From a virus: a stretch of DNA of 64,000 nt. Below the pieces are notes generated by a model that was not told the DNA's origin, did not search any database, and saw only the letters and a program-made list of their open reading frames with translations. The DNA lies in the IMG/VR virus record IMGVR_UViG_3300037325_000137, positions 14,376-78,375 of that record. One strand, given 5' to 3'. Of the stretch, positions 10,401-21,800 are shown piece after piece (the first letter of the stretch is position 1; each line of letters begins with the position of its first letter). The position numbers and the translations under genes were made by a program.

Positions 10401-13400
10401 GTATTTTGATTCAAAATCAAAGTTGCCATTTATTAATTTTTCAATCGTATCTATAGACCTTTCTGCTGTAAAGTAATCTATAGACCCTGCGACAATTCTA
10501 CCAGATTGCTTTTTAGATCTTCCTTTAGACAGCTCTAAAATAAACTTACCTCTTAATCTTTTATTTTCAACTCCTAAAGCTATGTCTTCTGCTTTGTCAA
10601 GTACTTCTTTAAGTTTAGCTTTTTGCTGTTGCTCTAAACTTCTATTATCTCCTTTTGTTTTTGATTTTTTACCTTCAAATTTGGTTAACTCTATAAGTGA
10701 ATTAAAGTCACTTAGTTTCATAAAGCCAAACATTCTATTTTCAAAGCTGTCTTTTATGTAGTCTCTTACTGCTTTTTGTGTGTCTCTAACAGAATTTGTT
10801 TTGTCTCTTATTTTTTCATCAGCTATACGTTTTTTCTCTTCATTACGAGATTTGGATTCGTTATATTTAGTTTCTAAATCAACTGCTAAAGCGTCAATAG
10901 CACTTAAAGCGGAATCTATATTTTCATTTGTTGATTGCTCTATAATGCTTTCAATAGATTTTATGTTATTAAAAGTAATGTTTGAAAACCACTTGCCTTT
11001 TATAACTTCGTTTAAGTATTTTTGAATTATGATTCTTCTGCTTTTTTTATCAGTTTTTTCTCCCTGTTCTATTTTTTTAGCATTTTCTCTAGCTTGCTGT
11101 AGTTCTGTTTTATTATTATTGTACTTAGTATCTAGTTTAGCAATTAAAGCGTCTATCTCCTTAATCGCTTTTAAGCCGTTAATATCTGTTTTAGCGTCTG
11201 CTACTATTTTTACAAGTTTTTTGGTATCTGCATCATTTGCCTGTAGAGCTTGTGCTTTAGTCAGGTTAGCATCTATATAATCTTGTAATGCTTTCTTAAC
11301 ACCTTTTTCTGTTTTGTTTTTTTCGTTGGTCTTTTCTATTAGCTTTTGCTTAGTTGATCTTACGGCTTCCTCTTGTTCTATAACCGACTGCATAGTTGTA
11401 TTGGGAGTTGCTGCGTCTTTTCTTTTTGCTGCATCACGACTAGCTTTTGTCTCTCTTCCAGTTATGTCTTTACCGCTTAGTATTTCGGCTGCTGCAAGGT
11501 CTGTAAACTGTTTTAGGTTAAGGTCAGCTAATTTGTCAGGTTTAATGTTTGATAGCCTTAAACCTGCTGCTATTCTCTTGAATAAAACTTTAAACCATTC
11601 TTTAAACCCACCGCTTTTAGCTTCATCTAATATTTTAACTCCTTTTTCTCCTATCGCTATTGCAAGAGCTTCTTCTAGTTTTTGCTCTGGCGTAAGGTTA
11701 TCATAAGCAGTATTATTTATAACAGCGTCATGATATTCCGTACCTTCAACTAGTTTAAGTCCTTTATCGTAAACGGCTTTATGATTTGCTTTCATGTAAG
11801 TATTCCACAAGTGACCAAACTCATGAACAAGTGTGGAAGAGTTTACTTTGTCGGAGTTTATATAAACTTTTCCTTGATAAACAAAACCATTAGGCGTTCT
11901 TACAAAGTCAGCTTGTGCTTGTACGTTTTCGTAGCCTATTTCTTTTAAAAACTCTACTATCTGCTCGTCTGTAAGAATAACTACATCATCAGCAAGGTTA
12001 GTCGGTATAAGTGTTCGTATTTGATCTGCCACTTCTTGACTATCAATAACCTCTTGTGGTATTTCATTTTGACCATCTACTTGAAATGGTAGTTCGTCCA
12101 TTTCCTCACCTACTTCCTGATCTACTTGATCTAATTCTTGATTCGCCACGTTTGCTACTGCGTCTATATTAGAGTCAGTAGATTCAAGACCTGTTAGTTC
12201 TGTAAACTTATCTTTAAGACTAGAGACTTCTGAACTTTCTGATTTTCTTTCTGATTTAGCTTGATTTATATAATCTGTTCCAGAAGTATATTCGTTTACA
12301 AAGCCTCTAACATCATCTTCACTAACAACATTGTCGCTACCTTGAAATCCTGTTGACTGAACATCAATTGCATCTGTTTCTTGTTGAGTGTTTTCGTCTA
12401 ATTTACGTTGTGCTGCTTCTATAATAGCACCTAAAGTTGATGCTTTTTTGTTACCTCCTTTAAATCCTTGTGATAGATCTACTATTTCATATCCTTTAGT
12501 ACCGTCTCGTTTATCTACTTTTTTAAATCTAAGCTCTTTAAAGGTTTCGGCAATAGAGTTTTTCTTAGCTTCATTACTTACTTCGTCTGTATTGACTTGA
12601 CCGCTTTGCTCTGCTTCTTGTTGGATTCTTATTTGACTAGCTACTTCCGATGGATTAGTGGAATTTACTGCTATTTCTTGTGAGTTTATAGATGGGTTGT
12701 CACTAGATTCTTGCGGTGTAAATTCATTGTTGTCAAAATTATTATTTTCAACATAAGCGTCTATAGCAGCTTTCTCATTCTGTTTAGATACTTTCTTTTC
12801 TTTATTAAATGAATTTGTTACAACTACCTTTCCATCTTGTAAGCTAACATCTAAAACATCATTGCCAAACCTTTGTCTAATAATAGGTTTAGGAGCTATG
12901 TCTATACTTGTGTTTACTTCAACCTCTCCTTGACTTGCTGTAGGTTCAGCGGTGGGTTGTACTGCGTTATCTTTCCCTTGCTCTGTGTCTGTGTCAGATG
13001 TAGGTCGAACGTCTGCATCAGCAGTAGTATCTCCTTGCGTTTGTGTTTCATCTACTCTTGTTTCATTTCTTCCTTGTAAACCTCTCTCGCTATCTCTATT
13101 TGCTTCGATTTCGGAAGACCTCTGAATTTCTTCATCAACTCTTTGTTCAACAATTCTTTTTGCTTTTTCATCTGTGTTTATTTTAGTTTCTAATCCTCCT
13201 TCTTTTTGTAATGCAAAGTCTAAAAGCATACCGTTAGCAAGCTCTACAGCTTCTTCTCCTTTAACACTTATAGTATCACCATTAGAGTGTGTTACAACAA
13301 CTCTTTTTACATTACCATCTTTATCTGTCTTTATACTTTTAAGACCTTTTTGCTGTGTTGTTATTGTTCCTTTTTCAAAAGAATCACCATTATATTGAAA

Positions 13401-16400
13401 AGAACCATCTTGATTAACTTCAAATTTAATTACTGTTGGTGTAATAGGCAGTGATTTTTGCTGTAAAGCATCTTGTACTGTTCCTAAAGAAAACTCTTGT
13501 TTGCCATCTGTAAAAACAATTTCGTTACCATCAAAAAACACATCACCAACAAGTTTTTCTTTGTTTATTGGATTAACATATTCTTGTTGTGATTTCTGTA
13601 TTCTTTCTAAGAATGTTCCTTTTGCATCTTGTGGTACGTTATTCGGTAGAGCAAGACTTCTTTTAACTTTATCTTTAAATATTTCAATAGAATCAGCGTT
13701 TTCAACGTCTTCGTTCTCTTCTAAGTATGCTTTGTAACTTTCTGTATGTTCTTCTGCTATACGATTAACTTCTTCATCACGATCTTTTTTAGGATCAATT
13801 TCTCCTTCAAGTCTAGTTACGGCATCTTCTTCATTCTCTAACTCGTCAAAGTAAGTTTGATTGGAATCTGACGCTTGTGCTATTGCTGTTTGAGTATCTG
13901 TGCTTTCAGACTGTGTTTGCTCAACTATATCTGTTCCTTCTGTATTTTCTTGTGTAGGGTTTTTAAAGTCTTCCACTCTTTCACTTAAAACTCTGCTTGC
14001 TTCTTCATTGTTTTTTATGTCTATAGATATAGTTCCGTTTGCTACTCCTTCGACAAAATTATCATCTGCTATTTTTTTATAAAGATCAGAACTGTTTGTG
14101 ATAATTTCTTCTTGACCATCTATCGTAATAGTTGTTTTTACCTCTGCGGATTCTATTAACTTAGCTTTTTCAGCTTCTAAAGAAGCAAGCCTTTGTTCTA
14201 AGAAAACTGTTTCTGATACACTATCAAGAGTAAGTTCTGTTTTACTTAAAGGATTTGTAGCAGCAGATTTAATATTGGTAATTGTCAACTCTATAGCACT
14301 TGCTTGCTCACTTATTTCAACTACTCTTTTCTTATCTTGAACAGTTAAGTTATCGTAAGCTTCAAAAGTTCTTTTTATCAACTTACCATTCTCTGTGTTT
14401 ATTTCTCTTATTCTACTTTGATAGGACTGAATTATAGTTGTTTTATCTTCTTCGCTTGTTGATTCGCTTTCTGAAACCTCTTCTATTTTTCTTAGCAAAG
14501 TATTTGTTTCCTTTACGTTTTTTACTATTGTTTTTCTAGAGTTTCTATCTCCTACTATATTACCTACAATTCCTGTTAAAGATGCAGTTCCAGACATCGC
14601 TCCACCAGCAGACATCCCTCCTATTGTTGCTTCCCATGTATTATCAAGAACGCTCTTTTTAGATCCGTCTTCGTTAAAGTTTTCTCCAAAAACATATTTA
14701 TCAGTAAGGTTTGTAAAAAGTGTAATACCTAATTCTTCACCTCCCTCACCAATAGTTCCTTTTCCAAATTCAATACCGCTATTTAAAGTTTTTTTTCTAA
14801 AGCTTTCAACCATTGCTGTTTGAAGTTTTGGCTTACCTATAGATAGTGTCGTTCTTTTTAAGGCTTTTAAGTTTCTTATTTTACCAAATTGAGCTAAAAA
14901 AAGTTCTACTCCTGCTGACGCATAAGAAACAGCCATTATTTCTGTTTCGCTAGGCTCTTGTATAGACTCTAATTGAGATTTACGTTTGTTTAATGCTGGT
15001 CTGTTTTGGATTGGTAAATTTTCTTTTAAAAGATCTTTATTTATTTGGTTTAAATCTTTTTGGTTATCAATCGTTCTTTGTCTAGTAGCTAATTCGGCAC
15101 TAGCTTGTTGTGAAGCGAAAAAAGAAGCTTGACCTACGTAAGGTATCGATAATTGAACTAATGTTGGTGTTGTATCTAGAAGAGTATTTTTTACAAATTC
15201 CCCAAAATCAGCTATGCCATCTACTTGGTCTAAGGATATTTTTTCTGTTAATACGTTTTTTCTGTATTCATTAATAGTAGCTACTCTTGATAAAGCTTCT
15301 TCTCTTATTCTTATAGTGTTAGCATCACCAGTCTCCATTTTACCAGTCTCTTCATTAAAAACAGGTATGTTAACGTTAAATAATTTTTCACCAGAATACA
15401 ATAGTCCAGATCCTATTTCTGCAAAACCAGTGCTTAAAGTTGCTTTTGTTTGAGTAGCAAAATCATAAGTTTTTTTAAGTAGTTCTTTTTCTTCTTCAAA
15501 TGTCCCTAAAGAGTTTTCACTCTCCATAGATTCATCTAAAACAGTTTGAGATTGTGCTGCTAATTCTTGACGCTGCACGACTAAACTTTCTAATTCTATT
15601 TTTTTATTTTCAAAGTCTTCTTTAAAAAGCTGTTGATCCTCTATCGTAAGATCAGGGTTATCCTTTATCGATTTGTTTATTTCGTCAAGACCGTTTGACA
15701 AAGACTCAATATTAAGGTCTATATCTGCAAATTCTTTGTTGGCTTTCGATATTGTTTTGTTTGCCTTGAATATTATGTTTTGATTTACTTGCTCTTCAAT
15801 AGCAACTAACTCTAATACTTTTTTTCTTTTTTCTGGATCTAGGTCATTTAAAAACTCTGTCTTCTTTCTTTTGGTAAAAGCTGTTTCAGCACTACCACTA
15901 TCTAGTTCTTGTTGTCTTTGTCTATTTAGCTCTTTAATTTCTTTTAATCTCTCTTTTTCAAAGTTTTTGTCACTTCCGAAAATTTTTGAGAAAGAAAAGT
16001 TTTTTAAGTCATTTTCTACACTTCCTAAAAAGCCTAGTTTTTCTCTTCTATTATCTAAGGTAATTTCGCTTTTAGATTCGGTTATAGTAGACCTTTCTTC
16101 GTCACTAATATTCCTTAAATTAATAAACTCTTGATAAGAGTTCTTAGTTTCTTGATCAGTTTTAGATATTACTTCATTATATTTTTTAGCAACTAAACTT
16201 TCAGAAAAATCAGCGTCAAACTCTATAGGTCGAAAATCTAAAGGTTGACTTTTAGGTATTGCTGTTTGTGACACCGAAGACAAAGACTCCACCTCGTTTG
16301 ATATATCCGATACGCCACTTTCCACACTTGAAGTAACAGTCGTAGTTTCTTTTTTTTTTACTTCATCAACTTTTACAGGCTCTTGTGTTGGCTGTTCTAC

Positions 16401-16616
16401 AAGTTCTTGATTTAAGTCACCAAAGTATTCACTATAAAATTTATTTGAATCTAAATCAGTTAGTTTATTTTCTTTAAGATAACTATATATTTCATTGCTT
16501 TTTTCTTCACTAGAATATTTTGTAGAAAAAGTTTCAAAATCTAAATCTGTAAGACTTTCTGATTTTAAATAGTCATAAAGCTCTTTTCTTTTAATTGGAT
16601 CAGTATTGTTTTCCAT
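7482..16616 (-). CDS. Giant internal-virion/ejection (large polyvalent-type) protein with zincin-like HExxH motif
   Basis: 3044 aa; last of three ejection-type genes; GKVYINSDKVNSSTLVHEFGHLW...EEALA metallopeptidase-like motif. Confidence 0.6.
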   Translation of the reverse strand: MENNTDPIKRKELYDYLKSESLTDLDFETFSTKYSSEEKSNEIYSYLKENKLTDLDSNKFYSEYFGDLNQELVEQPTQEPVKVDEVKKKETTTVTSSVESGVSDISNEVESLSSVSQTAIPKSQPLDFRPIEFDADFSESLVAKKYNEVISKTDQETKNSYQEFINLRNISDEERSTITESKSEITLDNRREKLGFLGSVENDLKNFSFSKIFGSDKNFEKERLKEIKELNRQRQQELDSGSAETAFTKRKKTEFLNDLDPEKRKKVLELVAIEEQVNQNIIFKANKTISKANKEFADIDLNIESLSNGLDEINKSIKDNPDLTIEDQQLFKEDFENKKIELESLVVQRQELAAQSQTVLDESMESENSLGTFEEEKELLKKTYDFATQTKATLSTGFAEIGSGLLYSGEKLFNVNIPVFNEETGKMETGDANTIRIREEALSRVATINEYRKNVLTEKISLDQVDGIADFGEFVKNTLLDTTPTLVQLSIPYVGQASFFASQQASAELATRQRTIDNQKDLNQINKDLLKENLPIQNRPALNKRKSQLESIQEPSETEIMAVSYASAGVELFLAQFGKIRNLKALKRTTLSIGKPKLQTAMVESFRKKTLNSGIEFGKGTIGEGGEELGITLFTNLTDKYVFGENFNEDGSKKSVLDNTWEATIGGMSAGGAMSGTASLTGIVGNIVGDRNSRKTIVKNVKETNTLLRKIEEVSESESTSEEDKTTIIQSYQSRIREINTENGKLIKRTFEAYDNLTVQDKKRVVEISEQASAIELTITNIKSAATNPLSKTELTLDSVSETVFLEQRLASLEAEKAKLIESAEVKTTITIDGQEEIITNSSDLYKKIADDNFVEGVANGTISIDIKNNEEASRVLSERVEDFKNPTQENTEGTDIVEQTQSESTDTQTAIAQASDSNQTYFDELENEEDAVTRLEGEIDPKKDRDEEVNRIAEEHTESYKAYLEENEDVENADSIEIFKDKVKRSLALPNNVPQDAKGTFLERIQKSQQEYVNPINKEKLVGDVFFDGNEIVFTDGKQEFSLGTVQDALQQKSLPITPTVIKFEVNQDGSFQYNGDSFEKGTITTQQKGLKSIKTDKDGNVKRVVVTHSNGDTISVKGEEAVELANGMLLDFALQKEGGLETKINTDEKAKRIVEQRVDEEIQRSSEIEANRDSERGLQGRNETRVDETQTQGDTTADADVRPTSDTDTEQGKDNAVQPTAEPTASQGEVEVNTSIDIAPKPIIRQRFGNDVLDVSLQDGKVVVTNSFNKEKKVSKQNEKAAIDAYVENNNFDNNEFTPQESSDNPSINSQEIAVNSTNPSEVASQIRIQQEAEQSGQVNTDEVSNEAKKNSIAETFKELRFKKVDKRDGTKGYEIVDLSQGFKGGNKKASTLGAIIEAAQRKLDENTQQETDAIDVQSTGFQGSDNVVSEDDVRGFVNEYTSGTDYINQAKSERKSESSEVSSLKDKFTELTGLESTDSNIDAVANVANQELDQVDQEVGEEMDELPFQVDGQNEIPQEVIDSQEVADQIRTLIPTNLADDVVILTDEQIVEFLKEIGYENVQAQADFVRTPNGFVYQGKVYINSDKVNSSTLVHEFGHLWNTYMKANHKAVYDKGLKLVEGTEYHDAVINNTAYDNLTPEQKLEEALAIAIGEKGVKILDEAKSGGFKEWFKVLFKRIAAGLRLSNIKPDKLADLNLKQFTDLAAAEILSGKDITGRETKASRDAAKRKDAATPNTTMQSVIEQEEAVRSTKQKLIEKTNEKNKTEKGVKKALQDYIDANLTKAQALQANDADTKKLVKIVADAKTDINGLKAIKEIDALIAKLDTKYNNNKTELQQARENAKKIEQGEKTDKKSRRIIIQKYLNEVIKGKWFSNITFNNIKSIESIIEQSTNENIDSALSAIDALAVDLETKYNESKSRNEEKKRIADEKIRDKTNSVRDTQKAVRDYIKDSFENRMFGFMKLSDFNSLIELTKFEGKKSKTKGDNRSLEQQQKAKLKEVLDKAEDIALGVENKRLRGKFILELSKGRSKKQSGRIVAGSIDYFTAERSIDTIEKLINGNFDFESKYEELFSKNGLAKKGKRGTEKQQNAKDIVNKLDELIDDILYTEREIPNSESGETELVAKIELTEKEAEDLKNLQVAKDFLDSLIKNNKYANKLINASLDYILELKAEGRSILKSKKAADKAILDQQRQEAYDAIDSKKQLGSKEIDKPLSNIKDNVSKSRSAIKISIQFLKGYSRGFYQNFRSISEAFKRTGDKGSALLGLDKVLAKYDLSENTRDSIIIEWNKEITEIKELAFGSFADSDINVIKKSLGFISRSKFKRAKADWALSAQENINRTYPDGTVDVTKFSVSTLLDVILKAKDPKNLIRLAKQGFDEKAINEINDKLSDEVKDYGNKIMEFYQSKYDQVNEVYKKIFYRDMPFDEFYSGKLNVDKPNSAKDFSQDLFSGIVSNGSVHSGSSKAKKEHDHAIIVQPVDMSTNQYINEMSRFIAYAEVEKEFNNIVKDETFEKLALLNIGLEGGMMIDYLKKFQKTEIYEDGKRSAAERVVNTITGSFAKYTLGAKLFNLPIQMMSALNGQSSLPNNLTAKEWLDAHKNIISEAAYLFKNSEFLKIRYSAEQMVKVLASVDTNRQLKDFQFLGDRSKMVTDILTEVYDQALDTGMYAIKAGDAMGIMGVVPVYTAAKARIRKENPNFTEQQVLDESMLVFENIANNTQQGQTKGSKTVVQRDAFARLLVSFGSTIILDMRESSLRYKDLKRHINKMASNNENIGVIYDKLGYDVNDFKHLEPSNTVGKNIRGFVNYGFSQPLFYALWGVVKISGVAAAPAAIYGAVQTLGYLMSGDDDELDKMSEEQKDIARVLLTGQLLDDPILGNAFKYYLDKEILRKEFTFGGIGNVFALQEIEKLESYFERRQNSKTPETKEKYTKLLITQMTGMGLGLPKHAMTIALFNEELHDENRGGFTASERARIYAGASFFGVDKVREERTGVTLQKIIERNLDQDYKDDFYKENPRKSSSNNLPPLPSTSMNKLPSLPK

Positions 16617-16618
16617 TT

Positions 16619-18133
16619 TTAGTTGAATTTCTTTTGTTGATTATTCCTATCTCCAAATGTTTCATTTCGCTTTTTTTGATAAGACTTAGCTGTTTCGGTT
16701 GGGTTTGTTGACTTACCTCCTGTTGCATTATTTATAGTTCCGAAAAGAGATGTTAATGTAGTTTGGTTTTGAGTTTCTATAACTTCTTCTATAATTTTTT
16801 CTTCGGTTTTTGGTACTTCTTGAAACGATGATTTAAAAATAGGGTTTTTACCATCGAACTCACCAGTTGGTATAGGTTGATTATTTTCGTCTAAATCAAA
16901 AATACGCTTTTGTTCTACAACTTGCTTTCCATCAGTGTTTAAGACTGGAACTTGCTCTGTTCTACTTATTACACCAAATACTCTAATTGTACCGTCTGGT
17001 TGAACGGAGTGAGCTGCATATACTGCGTCTTCACCATCAATGCTAAGGCTAACTTTTTTAGCATTTTCTTTTGGTACAAAAGCAAGTTCTCCCTCTTTAA
17101 GAGAATATATTTTTCCATTAATATCTACTTTGTTGGGAACTGTGCCATCTGTACTTATTTGGGCGTTAACAACGATTTCTTCTTCATTAAGTTTTTTGCG
17201 ATCAAGAGCATTTCTAAGACTTTTACCTTCATCTCTTTCATCTTTAAAACCACTTTCTATATATATATTACTTGCTTTTAATGCTAGTTCTTCAAAATCA
17301 TCATCATCGAATGTCTCATATGCTTTTCTATCTTTATCGTACTCCTTAAAACTAAGTTCATCTGCTAATATTCTAGCGTAAATAGGGTTTTGAACCCATC
17401 CTCTAGCTCTGTCTCTAGCTGCTTCTATGTTTGCTGGTGAAGCTTTTATTCTTCCGTTATTATCTGGCTCAGATATACTTAATAATATTTCAGTTCCTAA
17501 TTCTGTAAAGTTTACTGATTCTGTGTATGTTATACCTCTAACTGCTCCATTAAATTCACTAGGTGTTAATTGTATCTTTTCTCCAAAATAATCGTCAAAT
17601 ATATAATTACCATTTTGAGGGTCAATATCATAACTACCTGTTTGATAAATGTTTTTAAGATGTGTATCTTGAAAGTCTACAGCATCTACAGGGCTTTTAT
17701 CTTGTAATTCGACACCTTTAGCTGCTGTTGCGTCATTCGTTTTTGACATCTCCATAAGGTATTGTAGGTTTGAATTATTTCTAATACGAGCAGCAGTTTT
17801 TTCTTCTTCTGTTCCGCTTTCTATAATTTTAAAATTATTTACATATTCTTCTGTAACAAAGTTATGAGCTTTAGCTACTAATGAATTTTGATAACCGTCA
17901 CTTTCAACTATAGGGGTGTTTGCGAAATAATCGTCTCTTCTTTTATTGTAATCAAATTCTTTTTTGTACTTAAATTGAGCTTCCCTTGCAGCAGCAGCTT
18001 TTTTAGCTGCATCCTCTTTACGATCTACTGAGTTCCAATACCTAATATTTTCCTCTACTATAGCACCTATATTAGAATTTTCTAAAGGTCTAAGCTGTTG
18101 AGCTGCTTGTCCTATTACTGTTATATCTGCCAT
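16619..18133 (-). CDS. Putative internal virion/ejection protein
   Basis: 504 aa between pilot-like gene and giant gene; synteny only. Confidence 0.45.
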   Translation of the reverse strand: MADITVIGQAAQQLRPLENSNIGAIVEENIRYWNSVDRKEDAAKKAAAAREAQFKYKKEFDYNKRRDDYFANTPIVESDGYQNSLVAKAHNFVTEEYVNNFKIIESGTEEEKTAARIRNNSNLQYLMEMSKTNDATAAKGVELQDKSPVDAVDFQDTHLKNIYQTGSYDIDPQNGNYIFDDYFGEKIQLTPSEFNGAVRGITYTESVNFTELGTEILLSISEPDNNGRIKASPANIEAARDRARGWVQNPIYARILADELSFKEYDKDRKAYETFDDDDFEELALKASNIYIESGFKDERDEGKSLRNALDRKKLNEEEIVVNAQISTDGTVPNKVDINGKIYSLKEGELAFVPKENAKKVSLSIDGEDAVYAAHSVQPDGTIRVFGVISRTEQVPVLNTDGKQVVEQKRIFDLDENNQPIPTGEFDGKNPIFKSSFQEVPKTEEKIIEEVIETQNQTTLTSLFGTINNATGGKSTNPTETAKSYQKKRNETFGDRNNQQKKFN

Positions 18134-18134
18134 A

Positions 18135-18734
18135 TTAGAAGTTTCTACCTGTTCTACCGTCTACACCATCACCAACCCTTGTTCCGTTTATTGTAAGTGG
18201 GTTTGGGTCTATTTCTGTTCCATTAGCAATATCTATTGATCTACCTCCTGCTAATAGGCTGTTTGTAAAACCTCCTAAAGCACTTACTGAATCTTGTCTA
18301 CCTACTTGTCTTTGCTGACCAAGACCCATTATAGCACCCAACTCACGTTGTTCTCTAATGCTTTGAATCCTATCTTCTCCTTGCGCTATTGCAAAACTTC
18401 TGTTAACGTCTTGTTCCTCTACATTTTCGAGTATAGTATTACGTGTAAGAATATTACCATCAGAAATAGAAGGGAAAGCTCCAAGTATTCCTCTAGCTCC
18501 TAAACGTCTTGTAGCATCTATGGTGTTAGCATTTGATGACAAACTAGAATCTAATAGCCTATCTGTTCTTTCTGTAGATATTTTTATGTCTCTTTGGTTA
18601 TTTACAAGCTCTTGTCTTCTTAGATTGTTTAAAGCTTCTTCCGCATCTTTCTTTTCTTTTTGAGCTTGAAAAAATTGAATCCCGCTACTTACTAAGCCTA
18701 CTGCTGCTCCTATTCCTGCAAATGGTATTGGCAT
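18135..18734 (-). CDS. Putative ejection/pilot protein
   Basis: Gly/Ala-rich hydrophobic N-terminus (MPIPFAGIGAAVGLVSSG) followed by Q-rich helix, typical of podovirus ejection proteins. Confidence 0.55.
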   Translation of the reverse strand: MPIPFAGIGAAVGLVSSGIQFFQAQKEKKDAEEALNNLRRQELVNNQRDIKISTERTDRLLDSSLSSNANTIDATRRLGARGILGAFPSISDGNILTRNTILENVEEQDVNRSFAIAQGEDRIQSIREQRELGAIMGLGQQRQVGRQDSVSALGGFTNSLLAGGRSIDIANGTEIDPNPLTINGTRVGDGVDGRTGRNF

Positions 18735-18800
18735 GATATTAAATTTAATTAATCAAAGATAATCAATTTAACTCTTTTTTTAATCAAACTTTAGTAAACC

Positions 18801-18830
18801 AAAAAACCTTGCCGAACTAGACAAGGTTTT
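18801..18830 (-). terminator. Rho-independent terminator
   Basis: aaaccttg/caaggttt stem with T-run on - strand. Confidence 0.65.
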
Positions 18831-18875
18831 AGGTTCAAGATCAATTGAAAAGATTAAAACGAGTTCAAATATAGT

Positions 18876-21800
18876 CTAAATTTTAGACTCTATTGCTTCT
18901 ACGTCTACTGCTCTTATTTCTACATATTCCGAACCGATATAAGTTAGTTCTATATCTAAAACATCACCTCTGATGCTTTGACCTTCAATTGATTGGTTTT
19001 TATTGTACTTTAAAAAACTTATTGATTCATTTAAAGATGTGTTTGCTATTGTTATTTGATTATTAATAACACTCGTGATTACTGACGCTGCAAAACCTAA
19101 TGATATACTAGATACTGTGTCTCCTACGGATAAAGAGCTAGGAACTCCTTGTGAACAATTTATTAAACCGTTTACTATCTCATATGATCCTAGACCAAAA
19201 GAGCTATTAGATAGCGGTTCTGAATTAGTATTACCCATTATTGCAGCATAAAAATAATCTTCATACTTTTCAAAATGCTCTTTAGGTATTAAAACAGAAG
19301 TTAACCTAGTTTTTATAAAAGCATCCCACGGCTTGTTACTCTGTATAGCCATAGAATTGCATATTTTAACGGTGGATGGTTCGGTGTTTTCAAAGAAATT
19401 AATCTTGCTCATAGACTGTACTCCAAAGAACTCATTATAATTCTCTGTAGCATTCATACGGTACATAACACCATTTTTCCATGCGTAGAACTCATTATTT
19501 GCGTTTAGCATAAAATCTGGCTCAAACATGAAGTAGTTCGGAAAACCATTTCTAGTTAATTTATATGCCAAGCAAGATTGTTTGTTAGGTATATGTACCA
19601 CATATTCTTTATGCTTAAAATCATATCCAGCAACTAATTTCGTAGACTTATTGTTCGCCATAGCGTTAGAGATTTCATACTCTAAACCATATTGATTTAT
19701 AGTAGTGACTCCATCGTTAGCGAGTTGTATAATGTTTCCTCTTTGCTGATCTGTAAAATATTTTCTTCCTTCTATTTTTACATAGCTTTCTGGGTGTAAA
19801 GATATTCCGTGTTCCCCACCAGCGTAAGGTCGCCAACTTCTTTCATCCAAAACATTATTTACAACACCAATAGTTTGATTTCCACTAGCATCATATATGA
19901 CTTGTTTATTGTAAGGCATAGTACCAATAGCACTTTCTTGCAATATCAATAGGTTTCCGTTATCGTTATCTATTAGCTGAATACTTCCGTTTTCTTTATC
20001 TAATAAAACATAGTTAGGTGCTGATAAATTAAACCAATTTAATCCGTTAAAATCTGAATCATCATTGTAAATATCAGACCATTGAACATCTGCGACTCTT
20101 GTTATTTCTCTATATCTATCTTTAGTATTAGATAAAACCCTTATACCAACATCTAAACCTTTTTTGTTAAATTCATCTTTAATCTTGTAGCTTTCTACTC
20201 CATTACCATAAGACCAAGCGTTAAACCAATCTAGGGTTATAACCAAGGGCTGTGAAGGTAATGATTGTGAAATATCAGTTGAGATATTTTCTATGTCGGT
20301 TTCGTAATCGTCAGTTATTTTGCTATGTAAATTATCTATAACCCTATATGTTTTTCCAATTTCAAAAAATATTTCTGGTGATTGATCTTTAGGCTCTGTT
20401 TCAAATATAGGAATGTTTCTGATTTGTCTGATTTCAGAAAACACATCAGAATATATGTTTCTTGTGTTTTCTTTTCTTCTATCAGAAGCTATTATTAATG
20501 AGTGAGAAATACCTTGTGGATTAACGTCAATAAACAACTTATCTCTGTTAGCAGAATTTCCTGTTGAGTATCTTAAATCAACTTCTCTAAACCAAAAGTT
20601 TTGTTCTGACCAGTCAAAATTAGGTTGGCTTTGGATAAGAGAAAATATTTCATCACCATAAAACCATTCTTCAATATTATCATATTTTTGATTTGATTTT
20701 ACCTCTATTAAAAAACTTCTGCTTGTATTACTTCTTTCTTTTGCTGAAAAATACTTTAACTTTATAGTACTTCCTGCATTTATAAAATTAGGAACGCTAA
20801 ATATTGCGTGTGATCTATTGTCTTGATCTAATAAAAAAGCTATACTTTTTTTTAGAAGCCACTTGTCGTTTAAAGAGTTTCCTGTTGTTGCAGCAAACCT
20901 TACTGAAACGTCTGAATCTAGAACAACGTCCGAAGTATCTGTGTCTAATTCTGTCCAAACACTTGGAGGTGTTACTCCGTTTGTCTGTTGTGTTCTAAAC
21001 CTAAATACGTTAGGGGTTGTAGATACATCATGAATTTCTATTTCATACCTTAAATCTTCTGTTCCATTAAAAGTCACAGTTGGGGTTAGCGTGTCTACAC
21101 CAGAATTTTTAAATTTTATTTTATAGAATGATTGGTTGTTTTGTGTTACAGGGCCTAGTCCACCACCACTTGCATCGTAATGGTCATATTTTGTAAAACT
21201 ATAGTTACTTTCGTCGAAAGTTACATCTGAATCTATTAATGATATTTTCATATACCAACCACTAGGTTGACCACCATCTTGATCGTTCAAAAAATCTTTA
21301 TCTTTTCTTTCAAACTCTAATACTTTTATTTTTTCCAAAGTATTTAAAATACCTTCTCCATCTGCCTTTACTATAACGAAATCTCCCTCTTTAAATTTAT
21401 CAATATCTGACTGCTCAACTTTAATATACCTATATACACCTTCTTGATAAAATAATGTAGGCAAGAATTGATCATACCCTTTTTTATTCTGAGTAACAAA
21501 AAATCTATAATACTTAGCCCAAAAAGGTGGTTTGTGTCTTAACTCTACTTTTATTTTATTTTCAGTATCACTAGCACTAGCAGGAATCATAATTGTATTA
21601 GTCTTACTTACTAACACTGTTGTTGACCTTCCATGCTCGTCAGAATACACTAATCCAATCTCTACATCTCTATTTGATCTAACTGTTTTTTTAGGTTCAA
21701 GGCTAGGTTTTTGTACGGTAGTTTGATTTCCAGTAGGATCTCCATCTGCGTCTAATTCATCTTCTTGAACGTCTATGGTATTCTCTAAAGACTCTAATAT

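Noticed and set aside
7482-16616. Virion RNA polymerase as in Crassvirales
   Set aside because: No convincing DFDxD/DxDGD catalytic motif found by eye
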